Positions 1-8,379 of a stretch of 64,000 nucleotides of DNA are shown here, piece after piece. The DNA comes from Acidimicrobiales bacterium (lineage in GTDB: Bacteria; Actinomycetota; Acidimicrobiia; Acidimicrobiales; SZUA-35). The notes below the pieces were generated by a model. That model did not search any database. It was not told where the DNA came from and was given only the letters and a program-made list of their open reading frames with translations. The DNA lies in the NCBI GenBank assembly GCA_965263455.1, contig CBDHHN010000001.1, positions 355,492 through 419,491 of the forward strand, written 5' to 3'. Made by a program: the position numbers and the translations under genes. Position 1 is the stretch's first letter; each line of letters begins with the position of its first letter.

Positions 1-1400
1 ACGGTCGCCGGATCGAGTTGGGCGAGATCGAGGCGGCCCTGGCCCTTCAACCGGCCGTCGACGGTGCCGTTGTCGGCTTGGTCGACGGCGCCCTGGCAGC
101 CTGGATCACCACCGCCGAGCAGGCCCGACCGCTCGATCGGGAGGCCCTGCGGGCGGCCCTGGCCAACCGGTTGCCCGAGTTCCTGGTTCCCGGTCGGGTC
201 GTGGCCCTGGACCGGTTCCCCCTCAACCCCAACGGGAAGATCGACCGGTCCCGCCTCCCGGCCCCGACCGATGCCGATCTCCTCCGCCCCCGGACCGCCC
301 GGGAGGAGCCGGCGACCCCCACCGAGGTGGCGCTGGCCGCCATCTGGCGTGACGTCATCGGCGTCGACCCGGGCCGAGGCGACGACTTCTTCGACCACGG
401 AGGCTCCTCCCTGACAGCGGCCGTCGTCCTCTACGAGGTCAACCGGCGGCTCGGCGCCGACCTCCCCCTGGCCGCCCCCATCGACAACCCGACCCTGGCC
501 CAGCTGGCCGCCCTCATCGACCGCGCCCGAGCATCCGACCGCTCGACCGCGGCGCTGGTCGAGCTGCAGCCCCGGGGCGACCGGATCCCGTTGTTCCTGG
601 CTCCCGGCCAGGGGGGCAGCGTTCTCGGCTTCCTGCCCCTGAGCCGCATCATCGACAGCGACCAACCGGTGTTCGGCCTCGATCTCCAGCGCCGCCGCTC
701 CGAGCCCAGCCCCGACCAGAGCTTCGCCGGTCTCGTCGACCGGTACCACGGGGCCCTCAAGGAGCGGTTCCCGGACGGTCCCTACGTGCTCGGTGGGTTC
801 TGCATGGGCGGCGACGTGACCCTGGAGTTGGCCCGCCGGCTGCGTCGCGAGGGGGACGAGGTGCCGCTTGTGGTCATGCTGCAGAGCGAACATCCCGACT
901 ACCCCGTTCCCCGGCCCGGGATCGGCCGCCTGCGCCGTTTGCTGACCACGGTGGCCGACCGGGCCCGGTTCGAGGCGGCCACCACCCGGGCGCTGCCCCG
1001 CAACCAGCGGCTCCGGTACCTGACCGATGACCTGGGCGCCCGGTCGGTGGCCAAGGTCACGGTCCGGCTCGAGCGCCTGGGAGCCCGAGCCGGTCTGGTC
1101 GGGACCGGCCGGCGACCGGGCAGCGAGGCCTTCCAACGCGACCGTTGGTACCGGGCCGACGGCGCCGCCTACCGGCATCACCGGTTCGAGCCCTACGACG
1201 GCGACGTGCTGGTGGTCCGCGCCGCCCGCCAACCGGCCGGCATCGTCCCCAACCCCTCCCTGGGGTGGGACGCCGTCGTCCGGGGTCGGCTGGAGACGGC
1301 CGAGGTCCCCGGCTGGCACTGGAACTTCCTGCGCCGACCCCAGATCGACGGAGTGGCCCAGGCCCTGAGCCGGGCCCTGGACGAGGTGAACCGACGGTGA
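1..1400 (+). CDS. Nonribosomal peptide synthetase, C-terminal fragment (end of adenylation domain, PCP, thioesterase); 5' end outside window
   Basis: Frame 3 is open from the window edge. GRRIELGEIE (A8-like), NGKIDR (A10-like), PCP motif DDFFDHGGSS. Then an alpha/beta-hydrolase TE with elbow GGFCMGG (Cys codon 801-803) and PGWHW. Stop TGA 1398-1400. Confidence 0.85.
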   Translation, partial: GRRIELGEIEAALALQPAVDGAVVGLVDGALAAWITTAEQARPLDREALRAALANRLPEFLVPGRVVALDRFPLNPNGKIDRSRLPAPTDADLLRPRTAREEPATPTEVALAAIWRDVIGVDPGRGDDFFDHGGSSLTAAVVLYEVNRRLGADLPLAAPIDNPTLAQLAALIDRARASDRSTAALVELQPRGDRIPLFLAPGQGGSVLGFLPLSRIIDSDQPVFGLDLQRRRSEPSPDQSFAGLVDRYHGALKERFPDGPYVLGGFCMGGDVTLELARRLRREGDEVPLVVMLQSEHPDYPVPRPGIGRLRRLLTTVADRARFEAATTRALPRNQRLRYLTDDLGARSVAKVTVRLERLGARAGLVGTGRRPGSEAFQRDRWYRADGAAYRHHRFEPYDGDVLVVRAARQPAGIVPNPSLGWDAVVRGRLETAEVPGWHWNFLRRPQIDGVAQALSRALDEVNRR

Positions 1401-2704
1401 GTGCCAACACGATCGACGACGCGGGCTCCGGCCTGCACCCGACCACCGGGGCCGACACGGTGGAGCGGCTGGAGTCCGAGGTCCGCTCCTACTGTCGACA
1501 GTGGCCGGTAACCTTCGCCACCGCCTCGGGGGCGACCCTGGTCGACACCGAGGGCCGGACCTACCTCGACTTCTTCGCCGGGGCCGGTGCCCTCAACTAC
1601 GGCCACAACCACCCGGCCCTGCGCCGGGAACTCGTCGACTACCTGGCCGGCGACGGCATCCTCCACAGCCTCGACATGGCGACCGAGGCCAAGATCGGCT
1701 TCCTGGAAGCCCTGGACCGCCACGTGCTGGCCCCCCGAGGCCTCGACTACCGGGTGCAGTTCCCCGGCCCCACCGGGACCAACGCGATCGAGGCGGCCCT
1801 CAAGCTGGCCCGCAAGGTAACCGGGCGAACCCAGGTCGTGTGCTTCACCAACGCCTTCCACGGCATGTCGCTGGGGGCGCTGGCCACCACCGGTTCGGCG
1901 GCGGCCCGGGCCGGGGCCGGTATCGACCTGACGGGCACCGTCCGCCTGCCCTACCACGGCTACCTGGGCCATGACCACGCCGGCTTGGAGCTGCTGGAGC
2001 GGATGCTCGACGACCCGTCCAGCGGTCTCGATCTGCCGGCCGCCGTCGTGGTCGAGACCCTGCAGGCCGAGGGTGGGATCAACGTGGCGTCGGGGCCCTG
2101 GCTGCAGCAGCTGCAGCGGCTGTGCCGGGCCCACGACATGCTGCTCATCGTCGACGACATCCAGGTCGGCTGTGGCCGCACCGGCGCGTTCTTCTCGTTC
2201 GAGGAGGCGGGTCTGCGACCCGACCTGGTGTGTCTGTCGAAGTCGATCAGCGGGTTGGGTCTCCCGCTGTCCCTGGTGCTCATCGATCCCGACCTCGACC
2301 GTTGGGCACCGGGTGAACACAACGGGACCTTCCGCGGCAACAACGCCGCCTTCGTGACCGGCCGGGCCGCCCTGGAGCTGTTCTGGGCCGACGATTCCCT
2401 GACCCGTTCGGTGGAGACGTTGCACCGGCAGGCCATGGCCGGGCTCGACGACCTGGCCCGAGCCCACCCCGAGCATCTTCTGGCCCCCCGCGGTCGAGGT
2501 CTGATACTGGGCCTGGAGTGCCGCGACCCGGCTCTGGCGGCGACGGTGACGGCGGCCGCCTTCGAGCACGGCCTGGTCATGGAACGGGCGGGCGCCCGCG
2601 ACCAGGTGCTGAAGCTCCTCCCGCCCCTCACCATCAGCCCCGAGGAACTCGACCGAGGTCTGGGCCTGCTGGCCGCGGCCGTCGAGAACGGTCTGTCCCA
2701 CTGA
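1397..2704 (+). CDS. Diaminobutyrate--2-oxoglutarate transaminase-like class III PLP aminotransferase (EctB/PvdH/Dat family)
   Basis: GTG 1397 overlaps the NRPS stop (GTGA). About 435 aa. Motifs GAGALNYGHNHP, FHGMSLGALATTG, DDIQVGCGRTG, LSKSISGLGLP (PLP-Lys context). ORF-track start 1145 rejected: it overlaps the NRPS and is Arg/Pro-rich. Confidence 0.8.
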   Translation: MSANTIDDAGSGLHPTTGADTVERLESEVRSYCRQWPVTFATASGATLVDTEGRTYLDFFAGAGALNYGHNHPALRRELVDYLAGDGILHSLDMATEAKIGFLEALDRHVLAPRGLDYRVQFPGPTGTNAIEAALKLARKVTGRTQVVCFTNAFHGMSLGALATTGSAAARAGAGIDLTGTVRLPYHGYLGHDHAGLELLERMLDDPSSGLDLPAAVVVETLQAEGGINVASGPWLQQLQRLCRAHDMLLIVDDIQVGCGRTGAFFSFEEAGLRPDLVCLSKSISGLGLPLSLVLIDPDLDRWAPGEHNGTFRGNNAAFVTGRAALELFWADDSLTRSVETLHRQAMAGLDDLARAHPEHLLAPRGRGLILGLECRDPALAATVTAAAFEHGLVMERAGARDQVLKLLPPLTISPEELDRGLGLLAAAVENGLSH

Positions 2705-2794
2705 CCGGACCCGGTGGCGCAATCGGCGATCTCACCCGTCCGGGACCGGCCCCCGGGGGTCGGACCGCCCGGGGTCAGAATGGCGACATGAGCC

Positions 2795-2902
2795 ATCTTG
2801 CTTGTTTGAGCTTGCGGTCGAATGCCGGTCAGTAAGGTTTCGAACTGGAGGACCCCAGTGCGGCGGTGCGGGTCCGTGCGGGTGACGACAACGTCGGAGG
2901 CG
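2795..2902 (+). promoter_or_regulatory. Candidate promoter / 5' leader of the plus-strand glycan operon
   Basis: 198-nt gap with a locally AT-richer patch (cttgcttgtttgagcttgcggtcgaatgccggtcagtaaggtttcg) containing TTGnnn and TAAGGT hexamers. Three GTGCGG direct repeats (2858, 2866, 2876). GGAGG RBS at 2896-2900. No canonical -35/-10 spacing could be fixed. Confidence 0.25.
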
Positions 2903-3940
2903 ATGATGCGAGTAGCCGTGGTCGGAATCGGCTATTGGGGTTCGAAGCACGTGCGCGTGTTTCACAGTGTTGAGGAGGTCGGCCAGGTCATTGCCGTTGA
3001 CGGTGATGCCGGACGCCGGGCCGCCATCGAGGGGGCGTTCCCCCGGGTGAAGACGGCGGCCCGCTTGGAGGACGTGCTCCACGAGTGCGACGCCGTGGTT
3101 GTGGCCACCCCACCTACCAGCCATGTGGACCTGGCCCTGACCGCCATCGAGGCGGGCAAGCACGTGCTGGTCGAGAAGCCTCTGGCCACCAACTCGGCCG
3201 ACGCCCACCGGCTGGTCGTGGCGGCAGACCGCCGAGGCGTGAACCTCATGGTCGGTCACACCTTCGAGTACAACGCCGCCGTGGTCCATCTCCGCCAGGT
3301 CGTCCAGAACGGCGACCTCGGCGTGGTCCACTACATCGATTCGGCCCGGCTCAACCTGGGGCTGTACCAGCCGGACGTGAACGTCCTGTGGGACCTGGCC
3401 CCGCACGACATCTCGATCTGCAACTACGTCCTGGACGACACCCCGACCTCGGTCAGCGCCTGGGGCTCGGCCCACGCCAACGGCCGTTTCGAGGACGTGG
3501 CCGCCCTGCGGCTGCACTACGGGTCGAGCGGGGTCACGGCCAATATCCGGGTCAGCTGGCTCGATCCCAACAAGGTCCGGACCACGACCGTGGTCGGGAG
3601 CCGCCGGATGGCGGTCTACAACGACCTGAACGACAACGAGCGGATCAAGATCTACGACCGGGGCGTGGCCGTCGAGCAGACCGACGACCAGCACAACGTG
3701 CCCATGAGCTACCGCTACGGCGACATCGTGGCTCCCCATGTCGACTTCCCGGAGCCGCTCCTGGTCGAGGCCCGGGACTTCATCCAGAGCTCGATCGAGG
3801 GGCGCAAGCCCCGGGCCAGCGGTGAGAAGGGCTTGGCCGTGGTCGAGACCCTGGAGGCCGCCGACCTGGCCCTGACCGAGGTCAGCCAGGTCCCGGTCGG
3901 CCAGCCGCGGATGGCGGCGATCGCCGTCGCCGGCAACTGA
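2903..3940 (+). CDS. Gfo/Idh/MocA-family NAD-dependent sugar-nucleotide oxidoreductase (WbpB/WlbA/GnnA-like 3-dehydrogenase class)
   Basis: ATG 2903 preceded by GGAGG. Rossmann N-terminus MRVAVVGIGYWG, LVEKPLA motif, WDLAPHDISI. Sits in an operon with a DegT aminotransferase. ORF-track start 2822 considered less likely. Confidence 0.8.
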   Translation: MMRVAVVGIGYWGSKHVRVFHSVEEVGQVIAVDGDAGRRAAIEGAFPRVKTAARLEDVLHECDAVVVATPPTSHVDLALTAIEAGKHVLVEKPLATNSADAHRLVVAADRRGVNLMVGHTFEYNAAVVHLRQVVQNGDLGVVHYIDSARLNLGLYQPDVNVLWDLAPHDISICNYVLDDTPTSVSAWGSAHANGRFEDVAALRLHYGSSGVTANIRVSWLDPNKVRTTTVVGSRRMAVYNDLNDNERIKIYDRGVAVEQTDDQHNVPMSYRYGDIVAPHVDFPEPLLVEARDFIQSSIEGRKPRASGEKGLAVVETLEAADLALTEVSQVPVGQPRMAAIAVAGN

Positions 3941-3958
3941 TCACCGGACGGGCGACCG

Positions 3959-4591
3959 GTGTTGCGCATCCCGACCCTGCTGTTGAAGCGGGCCATGGAC
4001 ATCCTCCTGGCCCTGCTCCTCCTCCTGGCCTTGTCGCCCCTGCTGGCGGTCACGGCCCTGGCCGTCCGGCTCACGAGCCGGGGCCCCATCATCTTCCGTC
4101 AGACCCGGATCGGCCGGCACGGCGAGCCGTTCGAGCTGCTGAAGTTCCGCAGCATGGTGACCGGCAACTCCGACGCCGCCGTGCGCGAACTCAACACCCG
4201 TGAGCTGACCGGCGAGGACGTCAGCGCCCCCGACGGGGTCCACAAGCTGGCGGCCGATCCCCGGATCACGCCGGTCGGGGCCGTCATCCGGCGGTTCTCG
4301 ATCGACGAACTGCCCCAGCTGTGGAACGTGGTGCGGGGCGACATGTCGATCGTGGGTCCCCGGCCCTCGCTGGACTGGGAGGTGGCCCTGTTCGACCAGG
4401 CCCACCGGGTCCGCGAATCGGTTCGACCCGGGCTGACCGGGCTGTGGCAGGTCAGCGGACGCAACCGGCTCAGCATGCGTCAGATGCTCGACCTCGACGT
4501 CGAGTACGTGCAGTCGCTGTCGCTGGTGCGGGACCTTCGAATCCTGGCCCGGACTCCGGCGGCGGTGTTGTCGGGCGAGGGCGCACGGTGA
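3959..4591 (+). CDS. Small (PglC-type) phosphoglycosyl transferase, bacterial sugar transferase family (initiating enzyme on undecaprenyl phosphate)
   Basis: GTG 3959. One N-terminal hydrophobic helix (ILLALLLLLALSPLLAVTALAV). Then GPIIFRQTRIG, FELLKFRSM, DPRITPVG, IDELPQLWNVVRGDMSIVGPRP. Confidence 0.85.
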   Translation: MLRIPTLLLKRAMDILLALLLLLALSPLLAVTALAVRLTSRGPIIFRQTRIGRHGEPFELLKFRSMVTGNSDAAVRELNTRELTGEDVSAPDGVHKLAADPRITPVGAVIRRFSIDELPQLWNVVRGDMSIVGPRPSLDWEVALFDQAHRVRESVRPGLTGLWQVSGRNRLSMRQMLDLDVEYVQSLSLVRDLRILARTPAAVLSGEGAR

Positions 4592-5649
4592 CGGCGCCTG
4601 CCCCCACCGTGCCCGCCATCGTCGACCCGACCGGCCCCGGCCCGTGGGCCGACCTCGTCGACCGGGCCGGTGGCTCGCTGTTCACCTCCCCGCCCTGGCT
4701 GCGGGCCATCGCCACCACCTACCCCCATCTGCGGCTCCAGGCCCACGTCGTGAGCGACCCCTCGGGCCTACCGGAGGTGGGCGCGGTGTCCGGCGTCATC
4801 GACGACGTGCTCGGACCTCGACTGGTGAGCACCCCCTACTGCGACTTCTGCGATCCGGTGGCCGTGGACGGCGCCACCGAACTCGACCGGGTCGTCGATG
4901 CCCTGCTTGCCTTCGACGGTCCGGTCCGGCTCCGGGTGCTCGAACCGCCGCCCGGCCTCGACGATGGCCGCCTGACCGAGACCGGTCACGACTTCTGGCA
5001 CGGCGTGGGCCTCGATCGCGAGGTCGACGAGATGGAGCAGTCCCTGGGCTCGACCGCCCGCCGCAACGTGCGCAAGGCCCGCTCGGCCGGGGTGACGGTG
5101 CGCTTCGCCTCCGACCTGGCGGCCGTCGACACGTTCTTCGGGCTGCACCAACTGACCCGCCGGGCCAAGCACGGCATGCTGGCCCAGCCGCGACCCTTCT
5201 TCCACGCCATCCACGAGGAGTTCGGTCCCCACGACGGGGTCCACGTGGCCCTGGCCGAAGCCGAAGGGCGGGCCGTGGCCGGGATCTTCCTCCTGGAGTG
5301 GGGCGGACGGGCCTACTACAAGTTCAACGCCTCGGATCCGGCCGATCTGGCCCTCCGGCCCAACGATCTCCTGATGTGGGAGTCGATGCAGTGGGCTCAG
5401 AGCCGGGGCAACCAGCTGCTCGACCTCGGCCTGAGCGACGCCGACCAGCCCGGGCTCCTCCGCTACAAGCGCAAGTTCGCCACAGCCGAGGGCCGGGTCC
5501 GGACCTTGGTGGCCGGCCCGGGTCCAACGGCCGGCGCCCAGGAGTTGCGGCCGGTGTTGGGCCAGCTCACCGACCTGTTGTGTGACGAGCGGGTCCCGCT
5601 CGACGTGGCCGAGCGGGCCGGCAACCTGCTCTACCGATACTTCACCTGA
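4588..5649 (+). CDS. FemAB-like / CelD-BioF2-like GNAT acyltransferase (Acetyltransf_6-type)
   Basis: GTG 4588 overlaps the upstream stop (GTGA). 353 aa. C-terminal half RRNVRKARSAG...GIFLLEWGGRAYYKFNASD...LLRYKRKF resembles the FemAB-like GNAT family seen in exopolysaccharide loci. ORF-track start 4321 rejected (lies inside the PGT gene). Confidence 0.65.
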   Translation: MTAPAPTVPAIVDPTGPGPWADLVDRAGGSLFTSPPWLRAIATTYPHLRLQAHVVSDPSGLPEVGAVSGVIDDVLGPRLVSTPYCDFCDPVAVDGATELDRVVDALLAFDGPVRLRVLEPPPGLDDGRLTETGHDFWHGVGLDREVDEMEQSLGSTARRNVRKARSAGVTVRFASDLAAVDTFFGLHQLTRRAKHGMLAQPRPFFHAIHEEFGPHDGVHVALAEAEGRAVAGIFLLEWGGRAYYKFNASDPADLALRPNDLLMWESMQWAQSRGNQLLDLGLSDADQPGLLRYKRKFATAEGRVRTLVAGPGPTAGAQELRPVLGQLTDLLCDERVPLDVAERAGNLLYRYFT

Positions 5650-5725
5650 GACTTCGATCGACCCAGACCGTTCCCGCCGACGCCCTCCGCCGCCGGCGCC
5701 TCTTCCTCCCGGAGGTTTCTTCGAC

Positions 5726-6847
5726 ATGATCCCCGTTCCCTTCCTCGACCTGGGCGCGCTCCACCGCGACCTCGGTTCCGAGCTCGACGCCTGCTGGCGG
5801 GCCGCCGTCGACAACAACCGGTTCGTCGGCGGCCCCGACGTCGAATCGTTCGAGACGGCCTGGGCCGCCTACTGCGATCGCCGCTACGCCATCGGCACCG
5901 CCAACGGAACCGACGCCATCGAGCTGGTCCTGCGGGGCCTCGGGCTGGGGCCGGGCGACGAGGTCGTCGTGCCGACCAACACGTTCATCGCCACCTGTGA
6001 GGCGGTGACCGCCGTCGGGGCCAGCCCGGTCTTCGCCGACGTCGACGAAGCCACCCTGCTCATGACCCGGGACACGGTGGAGCCGGTCCTCACCGACGCC
6101 ACCGCCGCCATCATCGTCGTCCACCTGTTCGGCCACCCGGTCGACATGGATCAGATGACGGACCTGGCCTCGAGTCGGGGCCTGGCCCTGGTCGAGGACG
6201 CGGCGCAGGCCCACGGCGCCACCTGGCGTGGCCGCAAGATCGGTTCCTTCGGCGCCGCCTCGACCTTCAGCTTCTACCCGGGCAAGAACCTGGGCGCGCT
6301 CGGCGACGGCGGGGCCGTGGTCACCGACGACGCCGACCTGGCCGAACGGGTGCGGTGCCTGGCCAACCACGGCCGCTCCCCCCACTCCCACACCGAACAC
6401 ATGCTCGACGGCTGCAACAGCCGACTCGACGCCCTCCAGGCCGCCGTGCTCGAGGTCAAGCTCGGGGCGCTGGACGGCTGGAACGAGCGTCGCCGGGAGG
6501 CGGCCCGCCGCTACCGGGAACTGCTCGATCCGTCGCTGTGGCTGCTGCCGGTCCGCGATGGTGCGGTGGCCTCCCACCACCTGGAGATCACCCGGGTCCC
6601 CGACCGGGACCGGATCCGCAAGATCCTGGGCGAGGCCGGTATCGGCACCGGGGTCCACTACCCGGTCCCCTGCCACCGCCAGCCCCCGTTCGCCCCCTTC
6701 GCCCGTGGCCCCTTGCCGGTGGCCGAGACGGCGGCGTCCGAGATCCTGTCGCTTCCCATGTTCCCCCACATGACCGACGAGCACCTGCAGGCGGTGGCCG
6801 ACACCCTGCACGGCGCCCTCGACCTGGAGGTCGGCCCCCGCCCATGA
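5726..6847 (+). CDS. DegT/DnrJ/EryC1/StrS-family PLP-dependent sugar aminotransferase
   Basis: ATG 5726 preceded by GGAGG (5711-5715). Motifs GTANGTDAIELVL, EDAAQAHGA, SFYPGKNLGALGDGG (PLP-Lys), CNSRLDALQAAVL. Confidence 0.85.
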   Translation: MIPVPFLDLGALHRDLGSELDACWRAAVDNNRFVGGPDVESFETAWAAYCDRRYAIGTANGTDAIELVLRGLGLGPGDEVVVPTNTFIATCEAVTAVGASPVFADVDEATLLMTRDTVEPVLTDATAAIIVVHLFGHPVDMDQMTDLASSRGLALVEDAAQAHGATWRGRKIGSFGAASTFSFYPGKNLGALGDGGAVVTDDADLAERVRCLANHGRSPHSHTEHMLDGCNSRLDALQAAVLEVKLGALDGWNERRREAARRYRELLDPSLWLLPVRDGAVASHHLEITRVPDRDRIRKILGEAGIGTGVHYPVPCHRQPPFAPFARGPLPVAETAASEILSLPMFPHMTDEHLQAVADTLHGALDLEVGPRP

Positions 6848-8307
6848 TCCGGGTTCCCACCGGCCGGGATCCGGATCCGAGTCGAACCCGGTTCCCGGTG
6901 GCGGCCGCCGCCATGGCCCTGGGCCTGGCCGTGGCCGCCTGTGGCTCGGGTGACAGCGCCGCCGACGACGGGGCCGGGCCGACACCGGTCGCCGCCACCG
7001 TCACGGTTCCCGCCGTCGAGGTGCCGACCCTCATCATCGAGTCGACGGAGGTCGACCCCCGGACGCTGGTGGCCCCCGGCGTCGTCGTCGACGCACCGAC
7101 CGGCCCGTGTACGGCGACCGTGGCCGACGTCGACGACGTCGACCGCGTCCTGGTCGGGGCTCGGCCCGGCTCGGTGCTGTGCCTGGACGGCTCCCATCCG
7201 GGCAAGGTCCTGCGGATCGACCGCTCGGGCCGCCCGGGGGCACCCCTGGTGGTGGCCGGGCCCGGGGTCGAGGTCGGCGCCATCGAGATCGAGGCCGATC
7301 ACGTCACCGTGGTCGGCCTCGTCGTCACCGGCGCCGACGACGGGTCCCACCGTCCCGGCGTGCGGATCACGGGCCGCAACGTGGTGGTGGACGAACTGGC
7401 CGTGCTCGAACCCGGGGGCGACGGCATCGTGTGCGGCTCCAACGACGACGTCTGCGAGGAGGTCACCATCGCCGACAGCCTGATCTCGGGGGTCGACGGC
7501 ACCGGCGTGATGGTCTTCGGGTCCGAGGCGGTGGTGACCGGCAACGAGATCACGGGCTCCCGCCGGGTGGCGGCCAGTGACGCCGACGGCGTCCGGTTCT
7601 TCGGCTCCCGCCATCGGATCGTGGGCAACCTGATCCACACCATCCACGACCGGGGCTACCCCGGCGAGGGTCCCCACACCGACTGCTTCCAGACCTTCGA
7701 CAACTCGAAGCCGCCCACCGTCGACGTGATCATCGAGGGCAACGTGTGCGTCGACGTCGACCACCAATGCCTCATCGCCTCGGCCGAGGAGTCGGCCGGA
7801 GCAGGCGCCATCGGCCGCTCGGGTGGCCTGGTGTTCCGCAACAACGTGTGCGCCAGCAACGGCAGCCAGGCCGTGTTCCTCCGAGAGTTCCCCCGCAGCG
7901 TCATCGCCAACAACCTGTTCGTCGACACCAACGAGTTCCAGACGCTGGCCCTCGAGATGTTCTCGTCGGACCTGCGGGTGGTCAACAACATCTTCCTGGG
8001 CGACGTCGAGCCCTACCTGGTCGACGAGGGCTCGATCATCGGGACCGTCATCGACCACAACCTCCACCGGGTCGGTGGCTCGACCGTGATCGACGAACCC
8101 AACGCCATCACCGGCGTCGATCCCGGGTTCAGCTTCGGCTCGACCGTGCCCCTTCGCCCGGCGGCCGACTCCCCCCTCGTCGACGCCGGACTCGATCCCG
8201 GGGACGGAGCGCTGGGCCTCACCGACCTCGCCGGCCAGGCTCGATCGGTCGACGGTGACGGCGACGCCGGGCCCCGACCCGACATCGGCCCCGTCGAGCG
8301 CCCCTGA
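6844..8307 (+). CDS. Lipoprotein with right-handed parallel beta-helix domain (glycan-processing enzyme candidate: lyase/hydrolase/epimerase-like)
   Basis: ATG 6844 overlaps the upstream stop (ATGA). Lipobox LAVAAC followed by GSG. Periodic turns VTGNEITGS, IVGNLIH, IEGNVCV, FRNNVCA, IANNLFV, VVNNIFL. C-terminal DLAGQAR...DIGPVE. Paralog of 13928-16291. Confidence 0.7.
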   Translation: MIRVPTGRDPDPSRTRFPVAAAAMALGLAVAACGSGDSAADDGAGPTPVAATVTVPAVEVPTLIIESTEVDPRTLVAPGVVVDAPTGPCTATVADVDDVDRVLVGARPGSVLCLDGSHPGKVLRIDRSGRPGAPLVVAGPGVEVGAIEIEADHVTVVGLVVTGADDGSHRPGVRITGRNVVVDELAVLEPGGDGIVCGSNDDVCEEVTIADSLISGVDGTGVMVFGSEAVVTGNEITGSRRVAASDADGVRFFGSRHRIVGNLIHTIHDRGYPGEGPHTDCFQTFDNSKPPTVDVIIEGNVCVDVDHQCLIASAEESAGAGAIGRSGGLVFRNNVCASNGSQAVFLREFPRSVIANNLFVDTNEFQTLALEMFSSDLRVVNNIFLGDVEPYLVDEGSIIGTVIDHNLHRVGGSTVIDEPNAITGVDPGFSFGSTVPLRPAADSPLVDAGLDPGDGALGLTDLAGQARSVDGDGDAGPRPDIGPVERP

Positions 8308-8345
8308 CCGACGCCCCCAGGGTCGGGAGCGCCAGGGCGACCACG

Positions 8346-8369
8346 GAACCCGCCGGGCCGGTGGCGTTC
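8346..8369. terminator. Candidate hairpin between the convergent glycan operons
   Basis: gaacccgccgggccggtggcgttc can fold as GAAC/GTTC plus CCGCC/GGTGG with one bulge. It lies in the 72-nt gap between the stops at 8307 (+) and 8380 (-). No U-tract. Confidence 0.25.
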
Positions 8370-8379
8370 AGGCCCCGGC

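Noticed and set aside
1397-2704. Ectoine biosynthesis (ectABC) interpretation of the DABA aminotransferase
   Set aside because: No EctA acetyltransferase or EctC synthase gene is adjacent. The start overlaps an NRPS stop codon, which fits precursor supply to the NRPS instead.
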